DNA of 32,000 bases from Longivirga aurantiaca (GTDB lineage Bacteria > Actinomycetota > Actinomycetes > S36-B12 > CAIYMF01), in contig NZ_JBHSTI010000009.1 in the NCBI RefSeq assembly GCF_042660085.1, positions 17,410-49,409 on the forward strand, in the 5' to 3' direction. A program made the translations under genes and the position numbers. Below, one piece after another: positions 27,355-32,000 of the stretch (position 1 is the stretch's first letter; each line of letters starts with the position of its first letter). The notes under the pieces were generated by a model. That model was not told the DNA's origin, did not search any database, and saw only the letters and a list, made by a program, of their open reading frames with translations.

Positions 27355-27535
27355 GTCTGGTCTCCCTCCACCGCCGAGCGGTGCACTGGTGGTCTGGCCG
27401 GCCCGCTGTGGGCGAGCTTGAGCGCGCGCTCCGGACCGCGGGCGCCGGCTGCGACCGAGGCCGCGAGGCCCCTGACGCACGGGCGTCTGCCCTCGTCGTG
27501 AACCGCCACCACCCTGGCACACGCAACGGGAATTA

Positions 27536-27549
27536 ATCAAGCGCCCGGT
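27536..27549 (-). promoter_or_regulatory. Operator-like site 6, half-degenerate (minus strand ACCGGGCGCTTGAT)
   Basis: Plus strand ATCAAGCGCCCGGT in the divergent ligase / LLM intergenic region. Confidence 0.65.
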
Positions 27550-27578
27550 TGACAATGCGCTTCGGCGGCCACTAGCGT
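27549..27578 (+). promoter_or_regulatory. Candidate promoter for LLM/ACAD/kinase operon: TTGACA - 18 nt - TAGCGT
   Basis: -35 27549..27554 abuts operator 6; -10-like TAGCGT 27573..27578. Confidence 0.6.
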
Positions 27579-27636
27579 CCGAGCGTCCGGTCACGACCTG
27601 ACGTCGCAGTGCGTACACGTAGGCGGGAGGTGCTCG

Positions 27637-28491
27637 GTGGACATCGGCGTGATGACGCTGCTCACCGACGAGAGCTCGTCGCCGTACGAGGTCGCCCGAG
27701 CTCTCGAGGTCCGCGGCTTCGAGTCCCTGTTCATCGGCGAGCACACGCACATGCCGCACGTCCCGGCCACGGAGTACCCGGGCGAGCGCGGGGAGCTGCC
27801 CCCGGGGGTCAATCGCACGTACGACCCGTGGACCGCACTCATGGCAGCAGCGACGGCCACCAGCCGCCTGAGGCTCGGCACCAGCATCTGCGAGCTGGCC
27901 GTCTACGACCCGATCCTGCTGGCGAAGGTGATCGCGTCGGTCGACCGGCTGTCGGGCGGCCGACTGGTCCTGGGCCTCGGCTACGGCTGGAACGTGCCGG
28001 AGATCGAGAACCACGGGGTCGCGTTCGCCGATCGTCGCGATGTTCTCCACGAGAACCTCGAGGCCATGACGGCGATCTGGACCCAGGACGTCGCGAGCTA
28101 CTCCGGTCAGCACGTCTCGTTCGACCAGATCCTGTGCTGGCCCAAGCCGCTCCAGTCACCACGGCCGCCTGCCCTGCTGGGAGCCACCGGGCCGAAGGGG
28201 CTGGCAGCCGCCGTCGCCTACTTCGACGGCTGGATGCCGACGGGTTACGACAACTTCGTCCGTGGGCTCCCGCTGCTCCGGCAGGCCTGCGAGGCGGCGG
28301 GCCGCGACATCAGCACGGTGCGCATCACCGTCACGGATCGGCATCCCGATTCAGAGCGGATGGCCTTCTACGCCGAGAACGGCGCCGAGCGCCTCATCGT
28401 GTCCAAGGTCATGACCCAGTTCACCCCGGCCACTCTGGATCGCGAGCTCGACACGCTCGCGGCCGTGGTGGGCGAGCACCTTCATCCGTAA
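27637..28491 (+). CDS. LLM-class (luciferase-like), likely F420-dependent oxidoreductase
   Basis: FESLFIGEHTHMP, RLRLGTSICELAVYDPILLAKVIASVDRLSGGRLVLGLGYGWN. Confidence 0.9.
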   Translation: MDIGVMTLLTDESSSPYEVARALEVRGFESLFIGEHTHMPHVPATEYPGERGELPPGVNRTYDPWTALMAAATATSRLRLGTSICELAVYDPILLAKVIASVDRLSGGRLVLGLGYGWNVPEIENHGVAFADRRDVLHENLEAMTAIWTQDVASYSGQHVSFDQILCWPKPLQSPRPPALLGATGPKGLAAAVAYFDGWMPTGYDNFVRGLPLLRQACEAAGRDISTVRITVTDRHPDSERMAFYAENGAERLIVSKVMTQFTPATLDRELDTLAAVVGEHLHP

Positions 28492-28518
28492 GTCCGATCC
28501 GACCCGCCCCGGCGGGTC

Positions 28519-29856
28519 ATGACATGGGAGTCACGCGTGGCGTGGGATTTCGAGACCGAGCCTGAGTTCCAGGAGAAGCTCGACTGGATGAACGAGTTCG
28601 TCCGCAACGAGGTCGAGCCGCTGGACCTGGTCATCCGCAACGTCTGGAACGTGGCCGACCCGATCCGCAACGAGCTCATCAAGCCGCTTCAGGACGTCGT
28701 TCGGGCGAAGGGGCTGTGGGCGTGCAATCTCGGCCCCGAGCTGGGAGGTGCAGGCTACGGCCAGCTCAAGCTCGCGCTGATGAATGAGATTCTCGGCCGC
28801 ACCGTCGCCGGGCCCGTGGTCTTCGGCAGCCAGGCGCCGGACTCCGGCAACGCGGAGATCCTCGCGCACTACGGAACCCCGGAGCTGAAGGAGCGCTACC
28901 TCGAGCCGCTCCTGCGCAACGAGATCGTCTCCGCCTACTCGATGACCGAGCCCACGGGCGGTTCGGACCCGACGAACTTCAAGACCAAGGCGGTCCTCGA
29001 CGGAGACGAGTGGGTGATCACGGGCGAGAAGTGGTTCAGCTCGCACGCCAACCTGGCTGACTTCATCATCGTGCTCGCCGTCACCGACCCCGACGCCGAG
29101 CCGCACAAGAACTCGTCGATGTTCGTCCTTGCGCGTGACACCCCCGGCGTCGAGATCATCCGCGGCATTGCGCCGTGGGGCCACCCCGACTCGGACGCCA
29201 CGCACTGCTATGTCCGCTACAACGATGTGCGGATCCCGGCCAGCAACATCCTGGGCCCGCGCGGCGCCGGGTTCGCCGTCGCGCAGACGCGTCTGGGCGG
29301 TGGTCGCGTCCATCACGCCATGCGTGCGGTCGGCGTGGCCCAGAAGGCCTACGACATGATGGTCGAGCGCTCGGTGAGCCGGTCGACGAAGAACGGCTCG
29401 CTCTCCAGCCGGCAGCTCATCCAGGAGATGATCGCGGACTCGTGGATCGAGATCGAGCAGTACCGCCTTCTCGTCATGCGCACCGCCTGGCGCATCGACA
29501 AGTACAAGGACTACCTCAAGGTCCGCAAGGACATCGCGGCGGTCAAGGCGGTCATGCCGATCATGCTGCGCAGCGTGGTCTCGCGGTCGATCCAGGTCCA
29601 TGGCTCGATCGGCATCTCGACCGAGATGAGCCTCGGCAAGTGGCTCATCGAGAGCTACGGGCTCGGCCTAGCCGACGGTGCCACGGAGATCCACAAGCTC
29701 AACCTCGCGCGCGAGCTGCTCAAGGGCGCCGTACCCGCGCCGGACGTCTTCCCGAGTCAGCACCTGCTCCGTCTGCGAGCCGCCGCCGTCGAGAAGTACG
29801 GCGACGTGCTCGGCCCGGACGTCGACCTTCCCTCGCCCGGAGGTTCCTTCGGATGA
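28519..29856 (+). CDS. acyl-CoA dehydrogenase, ACAD10/ACAD11-like subgroup
   Basis: ALMNEILGRTVAGPVVFGSQAPDSGNAEILAHYGTPELKERYLEPLL, AYSMTEPTGGSDPTN, IQVHGSIGIS. Start could be GTG 28537. Confidence 0.9.
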   Translation: MTWESRVAWDFETEPEFQEKLDWMNEFVRNEVEPLDLVIRNVWNVADPIRNELIKPLQDVVRAKGLWACNLGPELGGAGYGQLKLALMNEILGRTVAGPVVFGSQAPDSGNAEILAHYGTPELKERYLEPLLRNEIVSAYSMTEPTGGSDPTNFKTKAVLDGDEWVITGEKWFSSHANLADFIIVLAVTDPDAEPHKNSSMFVLARDTPGVEIIRGIAPWGHPDSDATHCYVRYNDVRIPASNILGPRGAGFAVAQTRLGGGRVHHAMRAVGVAQKAYDMMVERSVSRSTKNGSLSSRQLIQEMIADSWIEIEQYRLLVMRTAWRIDKYKDYLKVRKDIAAVKAVMPIMLRSVVSRSIQVHGSIGISTEMSLGKWLIESYGLGLADGATEIHKLNLARELLKGAVPAPDVFPSQHLLRLRAAAVEKYGDVLGPDVDLPSPGGSFG

Positions 29857-30935
29857 CGACGTCTGAAGTTCCGGGATTCACCGAGGTCGCGCCCGTCCGT
29901 CCGGGTGAGGACCTCGACTGGGTCGCGCTCGAGCGCTACCTCCGGGACACCATCCCGGGGCTCGTGGGCGAGTTCTCGGTGCTTCAGTTCCCCAACGGAT
30001 CGGCCAACCTCACCTATCGGGTCGCCTTCGGCGACCGACAGCTGGTCGTCCGTCGTCCGCCGCTGGGCCAGCTGGCCATCGGTTCGCACGACATGAAGCG
30101 TGAGCACCGAGCCCTGTCGGGGCTGTGGGTGGCCTACGACCGTGCACCGAAGCCGTTGGCGTACACCGACGATGTGAGCATTGTCGGCGCCGAGTTCCTC
30201 GTCATCGAGTACCGCTCGGGCGTCGTCATCTGGGGAAGCGACACGGTGCCGCCGGTGATCAGGGCCATGCCGGACCACGGCCATCGCATCGGCATGTCGC
30301 TCATCGACGCGCTGATCGACCTGCACCTGGTCGACATCCACCACACGGGGCTGATCAACCTCGGCAAGCCCGAGGGGTTCCTCGAGCGACAGCTCCGTGG
30401 GTGGCGCCGGCGTTGGGACGCCGTCTCGGACGTCGGCCCCGACCACCCGCTGATGGAGGGGCTCGCCGACCGGCTGTTCGAACGCGTCCCCGTCTCGCCG
30501 CCGCCGACCGTCCTGCACAACGACTTCAAGCTCGACAACTGCCAGTTCTCCTCGGAGAGCCCCGATCGCGTGATCTCCGTGTTCGACTGGGACATGGCCA
30601 CGGTGGGCGATCCGCTCGTAGATCTGGGGACGCTCCTGAACTACCTCCCTGACCCCGACGGCCAGGAGCTCGAGCGCGTCGCGATCCCCGGGCTGGAATC
30701 CCTCGGCCTTCCCTCGCGGCAGACGATCGTGGAGCGCTACGCGGCCCGCACCGGCACGGACGTCGGGTCGATCCACTGGTACGAGGCCTACGGCATCTGG
30801 AAGACGGCCGTGATCATGCAGCAGCTCTACGCTCGGTACGCCCGGGGTGAGACGTCCGACGAGCGGATGGGCACACGGGCGGACCGCATGGACGGCGTGG
30901 CCGCCCGGGCGCTCGATCTGCTCGGCGGAGGGTGA
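29853..30935 (+). CDS. APH (aminoglycoside phosphotransferase-like) family kinase, ACAD11/LvaA-like
   Basis: FPNGSANLTYRVAF...LVVRRPP, VLHNDFKLDNCQFSSE, VFDWDMATVGDPLVDLGTLLNY; ATGA overlap with the ACAD gene. Confidence 0.9.
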   Translation: MTTSEVPGFTEVAPVRPGEDLDWVALERYLRDTIPGLVGEFSVLQFPNGSANLTYRVAFGDRQLVVRRPPLGQLAIGSHDMKREHRALSGLWVAYDRAPKPLAYTDDVSIVGAEFLVIEYRSGVVIWGSDTVPPVIRAMPDHGHRIGMSLIDALIDLHLVDIHHTGLINLGKPEGFLERQLRGWRRRWDAVSDVGPDHPLMEGLADRLFERVPVSPPPTVLHNDFKLDNCQFSSESPDRVISVFDWDMATVGDPLVDLGTLLNYLPDPDGQELERVAIPGLESLGLPSRQTIVERYAARTGTDVGSIHWYEAYGIWKTAVIMQQLYARYARGETSDERMGTRADRMDGVAARALDLLGGG

Positions 30936-30940
30936 CGCGC

Positions 30941-31750
30941 ATGGCTGAGTTCGACCCGGCGATCCGTGAGGCGGACGAGACGAGACTCGACGAGCCGTCC
31001 GACTTCGCGTTCCTCACCTGGACCGTCCAGGACCGGATCGCCACGGTCGTGATGAGCCGGCCACCGGTCAACGCGGTCAACCAGCGCATGTACCGGGAGC
31101 TGCACCGGCTCTTCACGCAGGTGGACCGCTTCCTGGTCGGCTCCTCGGTCGTCGTCCTCCTCGCGGACGGAAAGCACTTCTGCGGAGGCAACGATCTGGG
31201 CGAGTTCGCCACCATGACCTCCGACAATGCCCGGGAGCGCATGTACCACGCGCGCGAGGCCTTCTACGCGATCATGGACTGCCCTCTCCCGACGGTGGCC
31301 GCGGTCCAGGGGGTGGCAACCGGCACCGGGATCGGCATCGCCTCGTCGTGCGACGTCGTGATCGCGGCAGACGACGCCCGCTTGGGGCTCACCGAGGTCA
31401 AGGTCGGGGTGATGGGTGGCCCGCGCCACCTGGCGAGGATGCTGCCTCAGCACATCGTTCGCTACATGTTCCTCACGGGCGAGCTCATGGCCGCACCCGA
31501 GATGGCTCGGCTCGGCGGCATCCTCGAGGCGGTGCCGGCGGACAAGCTGAGGGAGCGGGCGCACGAGATCGCTGCCCTGATGGCCCGCCATGATCCGCTC
31601 GTGCTGCGCACCGCCAAGTTGGCCATGAACGAGGTCGAGGAGATGGACCTCCGCGTCGGGTACGAGCGTGAGCAGAGCCGTACCCTGGAGCTCGCGGATC
31701 GACCCGAGCGCAAAGAGGCCCTGCAGCGGTTCTTCGACAAGGGCGCCTGA
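30941..31750 (+). CDS. enoyl-CoA hydratase/isomerase-family protein
   Basis: IATVVMSRPPVNAVNQ, FCGGNDLGEF, GVATGTGIGIASSCDVVIAADDARLGLTEVKVG. ATG 30941 (or GTG 30932). Confidence 0.88.
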   Translation: MAEFDPAIREADETRLDEPSDFAFLTWTVQDRIATVVMSRPPVNAVNQRMYRELHRLFTQVDRFLVGSSVVVLLADGKHFCGGNDLGEFATMTSDNARERMYHAREAFYAIMDCPLPTVAAVQGVATGTGIGIASSCDVVIAADDARLGLTEVKVGVMGGPRHLARMLPQHIVRYMFLTGELMAAPEMARLGGILEAVPADKLRERAHEIAALMARHDPLVLRTAKLAMNEVEEMDLRVGYEREQSRTLELADRPERKEALQRFFDKGA

Positions 31751-31860
31751 CGGGATATGCTGCCGGGCGCCCGGTCGAGACGCGTCGTGCACGTCGTGAG
31801 CCGCGTCCGGGCGACCAGCAGGGGCCGTACGTCGTGGCCCCGGATCCAGGCGGAGGACCC

Positions 31861-32000
31861 ATGGCCGTGAGCGCGAAGCCCAGCAAGGCCCGCAAGCCCG
31901 CCGAGTCGGACGCGGCCGAGTCCGTGAAGTCCATGCGTACGCGCAAGGCGATCGCGCGGGCGTGCCGTGAGGGGTCGCGGCTGTTCGCGGAGAAGGGTTA
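31861..32000 (+). CDS. TetR/AcrR-family regulator, N-terminal part, runs off the right edge
   Basis: ATG 31861: MAVSAKPSKARKPAESDAAESVKSMRTRKAIARACREGSRLFAEKG, typical start of a TetR DNA-binding domain. Confidence 0.65.
   Translation, partial: MAVSAKPSKARKPAESDAAESVKSMRTRKAIARACREGSRLFAEKG

Noticed and set aside
27355-28113. N-terminal extension of the CoA ligase ORF
   Set aside because: Crosses the intergenic operator region and the divergent LLM gene; true start is GTG 27354.

Overview
High-GC actinobacterial-type window (32 kb) that reads as one densely packed, probably co-regulated catabolic gene cluster for a lipophilic or cyclic carboxylic-acid-like substrate. The substrate cannot be read from the sequence. 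Contents: a cytochrome P450 with a divergent [3Fe-4S]-type ferredoxin, a two-component flavin monooxygenase (acyl-CoA-dehydrogenase-like oxygenase plus flavin reductase), beta-oxidation genes (CoA ligase, three ACADs, two crotonases, MaoC, thiolase, six SDRs, thioesterase), an MBL-fold hydrolase, a VOC protein, AKR, LLM-type oxidoreductase, APH-like kinase, two HAD proteins, three SnoaL/NTF2-like proteins, a sugar-type ABC transporter, the start of a ribB/ribBA gene at the left edge (absent from the ORF track), and the start of a TetR-like regulator at the right edge. Main observations: (1) six intergenic copies of a palindrome ACCAAGCGCTTGA(C/T) resembling the KstR2-type operator, placed at the transcription-unit starts; several merge into a TTGACA-18 nt-TAnnnT promoter; (2) tandem paralogous SDR genes where the first has lost the catalytic Ser (Ala) and the third Gly of the cofactor motif (Cys) while the second keeps both, suggesting a pseudoenzyme/active heteromer; (3) an ACAD11-like ACAD translationally coupled to an APH-like kinase, with an ACAD10-type HAD protein in the same cluster, resembling an unfused ACAD10/11 (phosphorylate-then-eliminate 4-hydroxyacyl-CoA) module; (4) an 18-bp GNRA-capped hairpin directly in front of a SnoaL-like gene. 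All family assignments are from motif recognition in the translated sequence; no database searches were run.
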